Position numbers and translations under genes: made by a program
In this document: positions 42,647-53,397 of the stretch, one piece after another
How positions within the stretch are numbered: position 1 is the first letter of the stretch
Layout: each line of letters opens with the position of its first letter
Assembly (NCBI GenBank): GCA_963775535.1
Contig: CAVZJH010000053.1
Coordinates: 19,116 to 83,115 of the forward strand
DNA from: an uncultured bacterium
GTDB taxonomy: Bacteria; Armatimonadota; UBA5829
Direction: 5' to 3'
DNA length: 64,000 bases
The notes under the pieces: model-generated
What the model was told of the DNA's origin: nothing
The model's database searches: none
What the model saw: only the letters and a program-made list of their open reading frames with translations

Positions 42647-43004
42647 TGAGTCCTCCGCAATGTCAAGGGCACGTTTTATTATCGAGGGTATTATACCAGG
42701 GGACGGGAGCGTTCGACAACGCATCCGCCGTGCTCAGCAGGGATGAAGCAGGCTTGGCTTGCGATGATATGGCGGGCAAGGTCATATAGGCTGCCATTAT
42801 TTCGCGTTTTATCCGTTTCGTGCTTTCGTGATGAAGAGGTTCCAGGCGAAGCCGCTGAATAATGAATGTCAACTCGCCCGCCCGCGGGGAAGGAAAACCA
42901 GGGGTTGGTAGAGTATTCAGTATGGATAACTACAGTTTAATAAGGATGTTCGTGCGATTGTTGAGTCTAGGCGCGTTGATCCGGAAAGGCAGTGTAAGGT
43001 TCTT

Positions 43005-44369
43005 ATGGCTACGAAGATGCTAATGCCCCTCCTGGGCCAGACTATGGAAGAGGGGACCATAATAAAATGGTTGAAGAATGAGGGCGATAAGATCCAAGCA
43101 GGCGAACCGCTTCTCGAAGTTATGACCGACAAGGTCAACATGGAAGTGGAAGCCCCCGAATCCGGCGTGCTGCGAAAGATTCTAGCTCAGCCGGATGACG
43201 TGATCCCGGTGAAAGATCCGATCTGCATCATAGGTACGGCCGACGAGCCGATTGAGGATCTGTCCGCAGATCAGGCTCCGGCCCTGCAGAGCGAATCTCC
43301 GGGGGTTCAGGAAGCTGCTGCTCCGGCGACTCCTTCCGCTCCCCAGGCGCCTTCCGCTTCCGCGCCGGCGGGTGAGGGGAGATTATTCGCTTCGCCGGCT
43401 GCCAGGCGAATAGCTGCCGAACACGGAATTGACGCGTCGGTTCTGGCGGGCAGGGGAAGCGGCCCGAACGGCAGAGTCGTCGAAAAAGACGTGCTCGATT
43501 TTGTCGCTTCCGCGAAAGCTACTCCGCTGGCTGGGAAGATGGCTCGGGATATGGGTGCTGCCGTTGGCGCGATTGAAGGCTCCGGCGTCGGCGGCAGGGT
43601 GACAAGCGAAGATATCAGGCGCGCGACCGCTGCCCCTGCCGTTTTTGCTGCTCCTGCGGCCCCCGCTCCCGCATTGGCTATCGGCCAGAGCATTCCATTT
43701 ACGGGCATGCGCAAGGCGGTCGCGAACAACGTCGCCGCAAGCGCTTTCTCCGCTGTTCACGTCACCCTGGTGATGGAAGTGGACATGAGCGAATGCGCGA
43801 AGTTGCGCAGCAGCATCCTGGCGGACGTTGAGGCCCGGTATGGCGTGCGGGTTTCATATACCGATTTCATCACCAAGGCGGCGGCAAAAGCCATCGAGGA
43901 CAAGCCGATAGTGAACGCATCCATCCAGGGCGACCAGATCGTTATCCACGATCGCATCAATATCGGGATCGCGACTGCTATAGAAAACGGGCTCGTGGTT
44001 CCGGTGGTCAAGGATGTTCAGGCGAAGTCGATTCCCCAGATTTCCAGGGAGATCAAAGAACTCAGCGGCAAGGCCAGATCGGGCCAGGCAGGCGGGGCGG
44101 ACTTCCAGGGCGGCACGTTCACGATCAGCAACCTCGGCGTATATGGCGTCGAGAGCTTCAACCCGGTCATAACCCCTGGCCAGAGCGCCATTCTGGGAGT
44201 GTGCAGGATCGCGGAGAAACCCGTTGTGGTGGACGGCGAAGTCAAAGTTCATCCGATGATGAACCTGTGCCTGTCGTTCGACCACAGAGTGATGGACGGC
44301 GCTCCTGCCGCGGAGTATCTCGCGCGCCTCAGAGACATCCTGGAGTCGCCGTATCTGATGTTTATGTAG
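43005..44369 (+). CDS. Dihydrolipoamide acyltransferase (E2) of a 2-oxoacid or acetoin dehydrogenase complex
   Basis: Lipoyl domain TDKVNME, two E3-binding domains, DHRVMDG. Confidence 0.95.
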   Translation: MATKMLMPLLGQTMEEGTIIKWLKNEGDKIQAGEPLLEVMTDKVNMEVEAPESGVLRKILAQPDDVIPVKDPICIIGTADEPIEDLSADQAPALQSESPGVQEAAAPATPSAPQAPSASAPAGEGRLFASPAARRIAAEHGIDASVLAGRGSGPNGRVVEKDVLDFVASAKATPLAGKMARDMGAAVGAIEGSGVGGRVTSEDIRRATAAPAVFAAPAAPAPALAIGQSIPFTGMRKAVANNVAASAFSAVHVTLVMEVDMSECAKLRSSILADVEARYGVRVSYTDFITKAAAKAIEDKPIVNASIQGDQIVIHDRINIGIATAIENGLVVPVVKDVQAKSIPQISREIKELSGKARSGQAGGADFQGGTFTISNLGVYGVESFNPVITPGQSAILGVCRIAEKPVVVDGEVKVHPMMNLCLSFDHRVMDGAPAAEYLARLRDILESPYLMFM

Positions 44370-44417
44370 AAAGAGCGTCTCGCGTCGAGTAGATTCGACC
44401 CAACGATTGATAGCTTC

Positions 44418-45173
44418 ATGGAAACTGACAACCTTTTCGAGCATTGTGACTTGCACGTGCATACCTACCTTTCACCGTGCGCGCGAAGCGAGATGCGCCT
44501 GCCGTCGATTGTGGAAGTGTGCGCGGAGCGAGGGATCAGGCGCCTGGGAATCACCGATCACATTTTCGCTTCTACCGACCCGGGTATTCTGACGCGGGTT
44601 AAGGAAGAGCTTGGCTCAATCGAGACGCCGGTGGATGTGTTTGTCGGCTGCGAGGCCGACGTGCTCGCTGTTGGACGGCATACGGTTACCGGGGAGATGA
44701 AGTCGACGCTTGACTTTATCGCCGTGGCGGCCAATCATTTTCATTCTGACACGGTCGCTCAGCCCGAGAATGATTCGCTTGAGGCCGTGGGCCGGCACTT
44801 TGTGGCGATGCTCGCGTACGCATGCTCGCTCGATTTCGCTGACGTTATCGCGCATCCCATGGTCGTTTTTCCGGGCACGTTCGATTCAACGTGCCTCGAG
44901 CTGCTCACGGACGATCAACTGATGGAGCCGATTGAGCTGGCGAAAGAGAACCGGATCGCGATGGAGATAAGCCCTCGAGCGCTCGCTCCGGACCAGTTGT
45001 TTTTCAGGGCGAGGTTCTACGGCCTGTGCAAGAGCGCCGGACTCAAGTTTTCCATCGGCAGCGATGCTCACAGCCTGGCAAACGTTGGCCGGACCCGGGT
45101 TCTCGGCTCACTGATCCGAGGCCTCGGCATTACGGACGACGATATCTGGCTGCCGGGCAGTGCGAAGAGTTAG
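44418..45173 (+). CDS. PHP-domain phosphoesterase
   Basis: DLHVHT, ITDH, IAHP, GSDAH. Confidence 0.9.
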   Translation: METDNLFEHCDLHVHTYLSPCARSEMRLPSIVEVCAERGIRRLGITDHIFASTDPGILTRVKEELGSIETPVDVFVGCEADVLAVGRHTVTGEMKSTLDFIAVAANHFHSDTVAQPENDSLEAVGRHFVAMLAYACSLDFADVIAHPMVVFPGTFDSTCLELLTDDQLMEPIELAKENRIAMEISPRALAPDQLFFRARFYGLCKSAGLKFSIGSDAHSLANVGRTRVLGSLIRGLGITDDDIWLPGSAKS

Positions 45174-45320
45174 AAGTTCCGAAACCCATCATAATCGCGA
45201 AAGCGCGAAGCTTTATCCAGCCTTCTTTTCGTGCTTTCGTGATGGAAATGGGTTAAGCGTGGCCCGCCGCGAAAGAAACGAGAACGGCAAGAACCGCCGT
45301 TTTCCAAGGGAGATTACCTG

Positions 45321-46310
45321 ATGCAAAAAGTTGCTGTGATAGGCGCCGGAGGGATGGGAAAGAGACACTCCGAAATCTATGAGAAGTTGCCCAATGCAGA
45401 GCTTGTCGCGGTTTGCGACGTTCAGCTTGAGTCTGCAAATGAACTCGCCGCAATTTACCGCGCAGCGGCGTTCGATGATGTCAAGAAGATGCTCGAGGAG
45501 GTCGAAGTCGATGTTGTCGACATTTGTGTTCCGACCTCGCTGCATCTGGATTACATAAAAACCGCCGCGGCTGCGGGCAAGCATGTCTGCTGCGAGAAGC
45601 CTCTGGCTCGGACATCCGGACAGGCTCAGGAAGCTGTCAGGGTGTGCGAGGAAGCCGGAGTTGTGTTGTTCGTCGCCCAGGTTCTCAGGTGGTTCCCCGA
45701 ATTTCGGAAACTGCGGGATTTGATCTCCAGCGGTTCCATTGGCGCGCCCGTTATGGTTCGCACGAGCCGTGCCGGGAAGCACCCCCAGGGCTGGGACAAC
45801 TGGTTCTCCGATCCCAAGCGCAGCGGCGGCGTAGTGATGGACCTCATTATTCACGATTTCGATTGGCTGCGATGGTGTTTCGGCGCGGTGAAGCGCGTAT
45901 ACGCGAGAGGAACGATCGAGTCCAGCGTCTCGAATACGAGCTATGCTCTGGTGACGCTCAGGTTCGAGAGCGGGGTTATCGCTCATGTAGAGGGAAGCTG
46001 GATGAAGCCGGCGGGGTTCAAGGTGGATGTTGAAGTTGCGGGGACCGACGGCCTGCTCAGCTATAGCAATGCCGACGCCGTGCCGATCGCTCTCGAATTG
46101 AGAGACAAGGACGGTGGCGCGGCCACTACCATCATTCCCGTCAGTCCGAGCGACGTCAGTCCGTATTATCTTGAGCTCGAGCATTTTGTCACGTGCTTGG
46201 AAGAAGGCCGGCAGCCGGACGTTACGCCAGAGGACGGCGTGGAAGCGGTGAGGGTAGCCGAAGCGGCCTTGAGATCGATTGCCACCGGACACCCGGTCGC
46301 GCTGGGGTAG
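45321..46310 (+). CDS. Gfo/Idh/MocA oxidoreductase
   Basis: GAGGMG, CEKP, DLIIHDFD. Confidence 0.93.
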   Translation: MQKVAVIGAGGMGKRHSEIYEKLPNAELVAVCDVQLESANELAAIYRAAAFDDVKKMLEEVEVDVVDICVPTSLHLDYIKTAAAAGKHVCCEKPLARTSGQAQEAVRVCEEAGVVLFVAQVLRWFPEFRKLRDLISSGSIGAPVMVRTSRAGKHPQGWDNWFSDPKRSGGVVMDLIIHDFDWLRWCFGAVKRVYARGTIESSVSNTSYALVTLRFESGVIAHVEGSWMKPAGFKVDVEVAGTDGLLSYSNADAVPIALELRDKDGGAATTIIPVSPSDVSPYYLELEHFVTCLEEGRQPDVTPEDGVEAVRVAEAALRSIATGHPVALG

Positions 46311-46519
46311 AGGGGGCTTTGCCCCGAGCCCCCACCAGAGACGCCGTCTCTGGACTCTGCTGGGGCCGCGGGCCCCAGACCCCTGGCTCGCTTCGCGTAT
46401 GTCCACCTTACTTGGGGTGGACATACGCGAAGCGAGTCGGAAGGTCCAGGAAACTCGGTTTCCTGGCGGGTTCCAAGGGCAGCGCCCTTGGTGGGAGCCC
46501 GAGGGTAAAACCCTCGGAT
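46311..46519 (+). repeat. ~210-bp multi-hairpin intergenic element, copy 1
   Basis: Central palindrome ctcgcttcgcgtatgtccacc/ggtggacatacgcgaagcgag; homologous to 48322-48530. Confidence 0.9.
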
Positions 46520-46534
46520 GCATAGGAGACTAAA

Positions 46535-47539
46535 ATGGCGAAGAAATCAGTTGTGAAGATCGGCATGATGAGTTTTGCCCACATGCACGCGTTCAGCTAC
46601 GCCGGATGCTTGAAGAAGTTGCCGAATGTGGAGTTTGTGGGGATTGTCGATGAGGACAGCGCCAGGGCGAAACACGTGGGCAGGCAGCTCAAGGTGAAGG
46701 TGTTCCCCGGCTATGAGGAGATGCTCAACTCGGACATAGACGCTGTGATAGTTTGCAGCGAGAATATCAACCATCGAAAGCACGTAGTGTTTGCCGCTCA
46801 GCACGAGAAGCACGTGCTGTGCGAGAAGCCGATATCGACCACGTTTCATGATGCGGAGGCGATGGTAGAGGTCTGCAAGCGCAGCGGGATCAAGTTGCAG
46901 ATTGCTTTTCCGTGCCGGTTCCACCCGGCGTTCAAGCGGCTCAAGGCGGCTGTGGATGCCGGAGAACTCGGGCAGATCGTCGGGATCAAGGCCACGAATC
47001 AGGGACAGTGCCCGTGGGGCTGGTTCGTTGACACGAAGCTCTCAGGCGGAGGCGCGGTGATTGATCATACCGTTCACTTGATGGATCTTATGAGATACTT
47101 GACCGGAGCGGAGGCGACGCGAGTCTATGCCGAGATCGACAATCGCATGCACGGCAAGGATTTTGACGATACCGGCTTACTGTCCGTAGATTTTAGCAAC
47201 GGTATGTTTGCCACTATAGACTCCAGTTGGTCGCGCCCGAAGAGCTGGCCGACCTGGGGAAATGTGAACATGGATGTCGTCGGCACAGGTGGCGTTTCGA
47301 GCCTGGTGATGTTCGCGCAGAAGATCGACTATTACTCCGAGAAGACCGGCCGCCATACCTACCAGTACTGGGGCGACGATATCGACCTCAGCCTGGTCGA
47401 ATCATTCGTGAGAAGCATTGCGGAAGATACGGATGTCCAGATTACGGGAGACGACGGCTTGAAAGCCCTCCAGGTAGCGCTGGCAGCTTACGAGTCTGCG
47501 AAAACCAAGGAAACCATCGACTTTTTGGCCAAAGAGTAA
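46535..47539 (+). CDS. Gfo/Idh/MocA oxidoreductase
   Basis: SFAHMH, CEKP, DHTVH. Confidence 0.93.
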   Translation: MAKKSVVKIGMMSFAHMHAFSYAGCLKKLPNVEFVGIVDEDSARAKHVGRQLKVKVFPGYEEMLNSDIDAVIVCSENINHRKHVVFAAQHEKHVLCEKPISTTFHDAEAMVEVCKRSGIKLQIAFPCRFHPAFKRLKAAVDAGELGQIVGIKATNQGQCPWGWFVDTKLSGGGAVIDHTVHLMDLMRYLTGAEATRVYAEIDNRMHGKDFDDTGLLSVDFSNGMFATIDSSWSRPKSWPTWGNVNMDVVGTGGVSSLVMFAQKIDYYSEKTGRHTYQYWGDDIDLSLVESFVRSIAEDTDVQITGDDGLKALQVALAAYESAKTKETIDFLAKE

Positions 47540-47599
47540 TCCGGGGGCTTTGCCCTCTGTCTTGTCAAATCGTGTCCGAACCAGATCTTTGAGGTTTCA

Positions 47600-48316
47600 G
47601 TGAAAGCAGTCATACTTGCGGCGGGGCGGGGCACCCGTCTCGGCGATCTCACCAGGACCATTCCCAAGCCGATGATCCAGGTGGCGGGCAAACCGGTCCT
47701 CGAGCACATCATCAGGCACATCCAGCGCGCGGGGATCAATGATTTCGTGCTTGTGACCCGCTACCTGAGCGAGAAGGTCGAGGGGCACTTCGGCGACGGC
47801 GCGGGGATGGGAGCACACATCGAATACACGCGGCAGTCGGACGCTTATGGCACCGGCGCGGCGCTGTTGGCGGCGCGCGGGCAGGCCGGCGGCGGTGACG
47901 TGTTGATGTGCTTCGGAGATGTCATTACCTCGCCCGAGTGCTACCGGGGTGTGATGGATGCATTCAATGAGAAGCGCCCCGCGGCAGTGATGACACTGAA
48001 CTGGATGGAAGATCCCTGGCGGGGAGCAGCAGTCATGACCGATGATGACGGCCGCATAAGCGAGGTCATCGAGAAACCGCCAAAGGGTGAAGTGGCTTCC
48101 CACTGGAACAGCGCAGGTATCTTCGCCTTCGACCCCCTGGTATTCGACTATCTCGAGCGCCTCGAGCCGTCCCCGCGCGGCGAATACGAGCTGGTTGACG
48201 CATTCATTGAGATAATCCGCGACGGGCTCAGTGTTTACCCGTTCTATTACGATGGTCCATGGAAAGACGTTGGCACCCTCGAGGACATTGCGATTGCCGA
48301 GGAAATGCTGAAATGA
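47600..48316 (+). CDS. Sugar-phosphate nucleotidyltransferase
   Basis: ILAAGRGTRL, PKPM, SPRGEYEL, WKDVGT. Confidence 0.92.
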   Translation: MKAVILAAGRGTRLGDLTRTIPKPMIQVAGKPVLEHIIRHIQRAGINDFVLVTRYLSEKVEGHFGDGAGMGAHIEYTRQSDAYGTGAALLAARGQAGGGDVLMCFGDVITSPECYRGVMDAFNEKRPAAVMTLNWMEDPWRGAAVMTDDDGRISEVIEKPPKGEVASHWNSAGIFAFDPLVFDYLERLEPSPRGEYELVDAFIEIIRDGLSVYPFYYDGPWKDVGTLEDIAIAEEMLK

Positions 48317-48321
48317 GATTC

Positions 48322-48530
48322 AGGGGCTTCGCCCCCGAACCCCTACCAGAGGCTCCGCCTCTGGACTCCGCTGGGGCCGAGGGCCCCAGACCCCTAACTC
48401 GCTTCGCGTATGTCCACCCCAGCAAGGGTGGACATACGCGAAGCGAGCAGGAGGGTCCAGGGAACTCAGTTCCCTGGCGGGTTCCAAGGGCAGCGCCCTT
48501 GGTGGGGGCGCGGGGGCGAAGCCCTCGGAT
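48322..48530 (+). repeat. ~210-bp multi-hairpin intergenic element, copy 2
   Basis: Homologous to 46311-46519. Confidence 0.9.
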
Positions 48531-48610
48531 AACTAATGACCACTTCTTGCCATCCCGCGCGTCATTGTAGTATAACGTGCTGGAGGGCAACCCCGGCTGC
48601 GGTTGCGGTG

Positions 48611-49267
48611 CTACTCCACTTCCGCGAGTTTGGCAAACCACTGCTCGAACCACTTGACCGTTGTGTCGGTCATTTCGCGGAAGTAGCGCGGCTTCTCATC
48701 GAAAAGATGACCCGCGCCCTTCACTATATGGAGCTCCTTCGGGCAGCGCAGGGCTTCGTATATCTCCTTCGACTCGGGTAAAACGACGGCATCTTCGCTG
48801 CCCTGCAGTATGAGGGTGGGGGCCTGCACCATCGGCGCGAACTGCAGCACGTCGTAGTTGCGCGGCACCCGCAGCACCATCACCTGTATGCGCTGGTCCT
48901 CGGCGGCGGCCCTGATCGCCGCGGTGCCTCCGGTGCTCGATCCGTTGACCCCGATGAAGCGCGTCTGCACGAAGACCTGTCCGTTCAGCCAGTCGAGGGC
49001 GCTGATGAGGTCGTCGAACTGCTGGTCCTGGGTCGACTGCTCCGGGACCCCGTCGCTTGCGCCGTGGGCTGTGAAGTCGAACAGGAACGAGCCGATCCCC
49101 GCATCGAGCAGCTTCTCGGCTATTCCCCGGTTCCGGGGGCTCGACTTGCTGCTGCCCGTGCCGTGCGCGAACACGACCACGTCCCGCAGCGCCTCATCAG
49201 GCGCTAGCAGAGCGCCGGAGAGCTTCAGACCTCTGGATGTTTTGAAGACAACCTCTTCCTCTATCAT
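48611..49267 (-). CDS. Alpha/beta hydrolase
   Basis: FAHGTGSS..SPRN, GSSTGG, GAGHLF. Confidence 0.88.
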   Translation of the reverse strand: MIEEEVVFKTSRGLKLSGALLAPDEALRDVVVFAHGTGSSKSSPRNRGIAEKLLDAGIGSFLFDFTAHGASDGVPEQSTQDQQFDDLISALDWLNGQVFVQTRFIGVNGSSTGGTAAIRAAAEDQRIQVMVLRVPRNYDVLQFAPMVQAPTLILQGSEDAVVLPESKEIYEALRCPKELHIVKGAGHLFDEKPRYFREMTDTTVKWFEQWFAKLAEVE

Positions 49268-49533
49268 AAGTGAAACCCTGACCAGCTATGCCTGCGCGAC
49301 GTTGACATCGTTTGCTCGGTACCTGGCTAGCTTATCCTTGCATTATTGACTCTTACCCGGAAGCGTAAACATTACACGTTGTAACCAGTGGACAGTAAAT
49401 AGTAAACAGCGGCGGTTGGCGTGCTTGGTCCGTAGATCTGACAAGCACACCTGCCCGTGGGTGTGTTGCGAACTTGCCCCGCGTTCTGCTACAATCTCAG
49501 TGCGACCCGGTAGGGCCGCGGAGGACAATCCCC

Positions 49534-50246
49534 ATGAAGAACAATTACTTGCGCTTTACGATCTGCAAGAAGTTGATGTTAAGATCTCCGGGATCAATGC
49601 CCGGCTTGCTGAACTGACCGGCGCAAAACCGCTGAGGCAGAGGTGGTCCGGGGCGAAGTCGGCTCTGCAGGCGGCGGAGAAGTCGCTCAATGAGTTGGAG
49701 ACGGAATTATCGGAGTGCGAAGTCAAGCTCAAGTCGATCGATGAGAAGCGGACGAGCCACGAAAAGCGGTTGTATGGCGGGTCCATAAGCAGCCCCAAGG
49801 AGCTCGATGCGGTAGAGAGGGAGATCAAGGCGCTTAAGGATCAGCAGGGCGCGCTCGATGGCCGGACGCTGGAGCTCTACGAGCTTGTGGAAGGCTCTCG
49901 AGAGAACGTCGAAGCCGCGCGCAGGAGCGCCGGAGACATTGAGACCGAACTGCGCAAGGCGCTTAAGGCTGAGAATACGGAGAAAGCGAGGCTGGAAGCG
50001 GATCTGGCGGAATTGATGTCGCAGCGCGCCGCGAAAGCTTCGCAAATCACCGACAAGCCACTGCTTTCCCGCTACGAAGCCATCGGCAAGCGAAACGGCG
50101 GTACCGCCATTGCCATGGTGAAGAACAACCAGTGCAGCGGGTGCCACGTCAGCGTAACCTCATTTACTGTTCGGCAGATGTTCCTGGACAAAGATATTCC
50201 GATGTGCGAGAATTGCGGGCGGATGCTCATCCTGGATGTCGAATGA
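49534..50246 (+). CDS. Coiled-coil protein with C4 zinc ribbon (DUF164-like); 1-nt deletion right after the start
   Basis: RBS ggagg, L.LYDLQEVD, CSGCH...CENCGRML. Confidence 0.85.
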
Positions 50247-50755
50247 GCAGTGTTATCATATACACCGACGGCGCGTCAAAGGGCAACCCGGGCGATGCGG
50301 GGATTGGGATCATTATTACCTCGGAAGATGGAGCCGTGCTGCGCGAAATCGGTGAGTACATAGGGGAGACAACCAATAACGTGGCCGAGTACTCCGCGCT
50401 TATCCGCGCGCTTCGCGAGGCCGTTGAACTGGGAGCCACATCGGTCGAAGTCAGGACGGACAGTGAACTGCTCGCCCGCCAGCTTGCCGGCGTGTACAAA
50501 GTCAAATCCCACAATCTACTGCCGCTCTACGAGCAGGCGATGATGCTCCTTAGCGCGTTTAAGCACGCGAGCATAGGCCACGTTTTACGGGAGTTCAACA
50601 AGCGCGCCGACGAACTCGCGAACCAGGGCATCAAAAAGCATAACTCCCGCTTGAAGGTCGCCGGTAACAGCCCCGAGCCAAAAGCCGAAAACTCAAAGCC
50701 GGGTTCCGAGCCGAAGCAGGCGGATAAGTCCGGGCAGGGCGCCTTCGGGTTTTAG
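50243..50755 (+). CDS. rnhA: Ribonuclease HI
   Basis: YTDGASKGNPG, TNNVAEY, DSEL, N..ADELAN. Confidence 0.92.
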   Translation: MSSVIIYTDGASKGNPGDAGIGIIITSEDGAVLREIGEYIGETTNNVAEYSALIRALREAVELGATSVEVRTDSELLARQLAGVYKVKSHNLLPLYEQAMMLLSAFKHASIGHVLREFNKRADELANQGIKKHNSRLKVAGNSPEPKAENSKPGSEPKQADKSGQGAFGF

Positions 50756-50804
50756 CGGGCGCTGCCCATGCATGGCGGCTGCAAGCCACCGAAGCAGCGA
50801 CACG

Positions 50805-52418
50805 TCATTTCTCGCCGCTCGCCTTGATTTCCTCATAGACATCGTAGCCCGTGTTTATGTCGTCTATGCAGTGTCCGTTGGAGTAGCCTATCATCTGGAG
50901 GACTATCTTCTTGTCGAACGACTTCAGCACCGCGGTGCCGATGATCCTTTTTTCCAAGGGTTCCGTGCTGTCCCACGCGGGAAACGCGATCTTGTAGCGT
51001 TTTCCGGCGGTCTTGTCGCGGGATAACTGGTCCATCGCCCGGTCCGGCAGAACTTCAATCGTGCCGCTGTTTCTTCCGATGGAAAGAATTGGGCCGACCC
51101 ACCGGTTACCCTCGGGATCATCGACTTTTGCCAGGATGGAATGCGACTGCAGAGGCGCGTAGCCGTAGCACGGCCTGCTTGCGGATATGAACGGCGGATT
51201 TGCCAGAGGATTTGTTACCACTATATAGCCGGTACTGTCATAGATCAGTTCACTACGGTCCTTGTTCCAGACGACTTCCCTGGCAAGGAATCTCTGGAAC
51301 CTGTCGAGATGATCGCTGGTGACCAGTTGGCCGGGATCACCCGGCTGGTTTGTCAGCGGTTCAACGCGGCCTACACCGGTCTCCGGATTTGGAGCAGGTG
51401 GGAGATAGACGCCTAAACCCTTCACGATCTTCTGCGGGGCGATGCCCGGCAGTATCCGGAAAGCCGCCTTATACGCACTCGCCATGCCCTCAACGACGGC
51501 GCGCGCGGCCGGTACGGTGGTTCGATCTTCGTACCGATAGTCCCAGCCAAACGTCATCAGCCACACCACATCTCCCGGGGCAAGCTGTTTGGATGAGGTG
51601 AACTCTACGTCGCCGTTGGTTACCGACGTTACCTCGCCGATTCTGTAGGGGTTTGGTATGTCTTTGGCAGTCTCGGGCGGAATCGGAACTCCTAATTTGG
51701 TAAGAAGCTGCTGCAAATAATGCACTCGCTCGGCGCTCGGCGGGTGGTCAGCGAGTATTTTCGGCGGCGCTCCGCCCTGTTCAGTCTCGAACCTCTGGAT
51801 TTTGCGCATGGCCAGCAGTATACCAGCCGGATTGTATCCCGCTTTCTGGCACAGGTACACCGAACCCTCATCGGCCTGCTGCTCGTCGATCCTGGAAAAC
51901 TTCAGTGAGTAGATCTGGTGGCAGAGGTCGGCGACATTTCCCCACGTGTTGTTTGCTTTCACGGCGGTCAACAGCACCGCCAGCCATATCTGCCGTCTCT
52001 GCGCGTCCAGCATCGCGTCCAGCGCATGTCGTCGGTCCACGTGGGTCATCTCGTGGCCGAGGATTCCGATCCTCTCGTCTTTCCTCATGATGTTCCAGAG
52101 GTGCTCATTAAAATACACGTAGCCGCCGGGAATAGAGAACGCGTTCAATTCGTCGTCCTTGAGGATCACGAAATGATACTTGATCTCGGTCCGCTTTACG
52201 CCCTTTGCAAGCTGCTGGCCGTATTCCTCGATCTCCTTTTGGGCCTCGGCGTCGCTGGAGACCGGGGTTTGCCTGAGAATTTCCTCGTTTATCTGTTTGC
52301 CGAGCTTGATTTCCTGTTCCACCGTCACAGCCCCGGCAGGAATGCACGCAGCTCCAAACGCAATAAGCAGACCCGCAATCAGCAGCAGTTGAGGCAGATA
52401 AGAGCGCGATCGTTTCAT
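50805..52418 (-). CDS. Secreted M48 family metallopeptidase
   Basis: NAFSIPGG, HEMTH, EQQAD, HPP...R. Confidence 0.9.
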   Translation of the reverse strand: MKRSRSYLPQLLLIAGLLIAFGAACIPAGAVTVEQEIKLGKQINEEILRQTPVSSDAEAQKEIEEYGQQLAKGVKRTEIKYHFVILKDDELNAFSIPGGYVYFNEHLWNIMRKDERIGILGHEMTHVDRRHALDAMLDAQRRQIWLAVLLTAVKANNTWGNVADLCHQIYSLKFSRIDEQQADEGSVYLCQKAGYNPAGILLAMRKIQRFETEQGGAPPKILADHPPSAERVHYLQQLLTKLGVPIPPETAKDIPNPYRIGEVTSVTNGDVEFTSSKQLAPGDVVWLMTFGWDYRYEDRTTVPAARAVVEGMASAYKAAFRILPGIAPQKIVKGLGVYLPPAPNPETGVGRVEPLTNQPGDPGQLVTSDHLDRFQRFLAREVVWNKDRSELIYDSTGYIVVTNPLANPPFISASRPCYGYAPLQSHSILAKVDDPEGNRWVGPILSIGRNSGTIEVLPDRAMDQLSRDKTAGKRYKIAFPAWDSTEPLEKRIIGTAVLKSFDKKIVLQMIGYSNGHCIDDINTGYDVYEEIKASGEK

Positions 52419-52586
52419 AGTGTAGTCAACCTTCGACGTTCTTGGCGTTTAACACCGGACTCGGCGCGGCGTCCACCGCGAATACTTGTAGTATATCTCA
52501 ACGGTGCGTCGTTGAAACGGATTGGCGCCAAGATTGTGGCGCGGGAGGGCCTTACGCCCCTGCTTAAAATGCTGGCTGCCAACCTC

Positions 52587-52615
52587 TTGTAACAATTCTT
52601 TCGGCATGATATAAT
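52587..52615 (+). promoter_or_regulatory. Sigma70 promoter of rpsF-ssb-rpsR
   Basis: TTGTAA-N17-TATAAT with extended TG. Confidence 0.7.
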
Positions 52616-52684
52616 CATGCGTCTTTGTAAACACACTGACAGACAACCTAATGAGGAATCCGGGCGTCCACGATGCGCCGGTTA

Positions 52685-52735
52685 TACTCTCCGTTCCGAC
52701 TTTGAGCGGAACCGATTTTAGACCGAGGGGAGGTG
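52685..52735 (+). promoter_or_regulatory. Putative S6:S18 autoregulatory leader
   Basis: ctctcc-gttccg...cggaac hairpin, with CCG just before the SD aggggagg upstream of rpsF. Confidence 0.55.
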
Positions 52736-53269
52736 AACACCACGAACCGTAATTACGAAGTACTCTACATCGTCGATGCCACTCTGACTGACGAGCAGGT
52801 CGAACCCATCATTGCCAGATACACCCAAATGGTCGCTGATTTCGGAGGCGAACTCCAGGCGGTGGGAATTTGGGACAAGCGCCGATTGGCTTACGAGATC
52901 AAGGGCAAGCGGGAAGGCATATATATACAGATGAACTTCATCGGTGAGCCCTCAATCGCGAAGGAGCTCGACCGAACGCTCAAGATTGCTGATGACGTTA
53001 TAAGACATCTGATCACGCGCGTCGAACCGCAGCATATGGACATTGCACGCATCGATCATCCGAGAACAGCCGCCGAACAGGTCGCTCCGGCCCCGGCCCC
53101 AGCGCCGGCTCCGGAGGCTGTCGAAGAGACGGTTGCTGAGGAGACGGTTGCCGAAGCGCCGGCTGAGCCGGAAGCTGAAGCAGTCCAGGAAGCTGAGGCG
53201 CCCGCTCAGGAAACAGCGGTCGCTGAAATAGAGGAGACGCCCAGCGAAGAACCGGAAGCCCAGGCTTAA
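52733..53269 (+). CDS. rpsF: 30S ribosomal protein S6 with long acidic tail
   Basis: YEVLYI, WDKRRLAYEI, VIRHLI. Confidence 0.95.
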   Translation: MNTTNRNYEVLYIVDATLTDEQVEPIIARYTQMVADFGGELQAVGIWDKRRLAYEIKGKREGIYIQMNFIGEPSIAKELDRTLKIADDVIRHLITRVEPQHMDIARIDHPRTAAEQVAPAPAPAPAPEAVEETVAEETVAEAPAEPEAEAVQEAEAPAQETAVAEIEETPSEEPEAQA

Positions 53270-53397
53270 CGGGCACTTGAGAAGGCCGGAGGAATCGCGG
53301 ATGAACCCTCTCGCATTCTTCCTGCGGAAGAACGCTGTCGGTTTCTCCGCGATGGGATGAAAATAGCCTTCGGCTATTTTCAGAGGAGGCATTTGGA

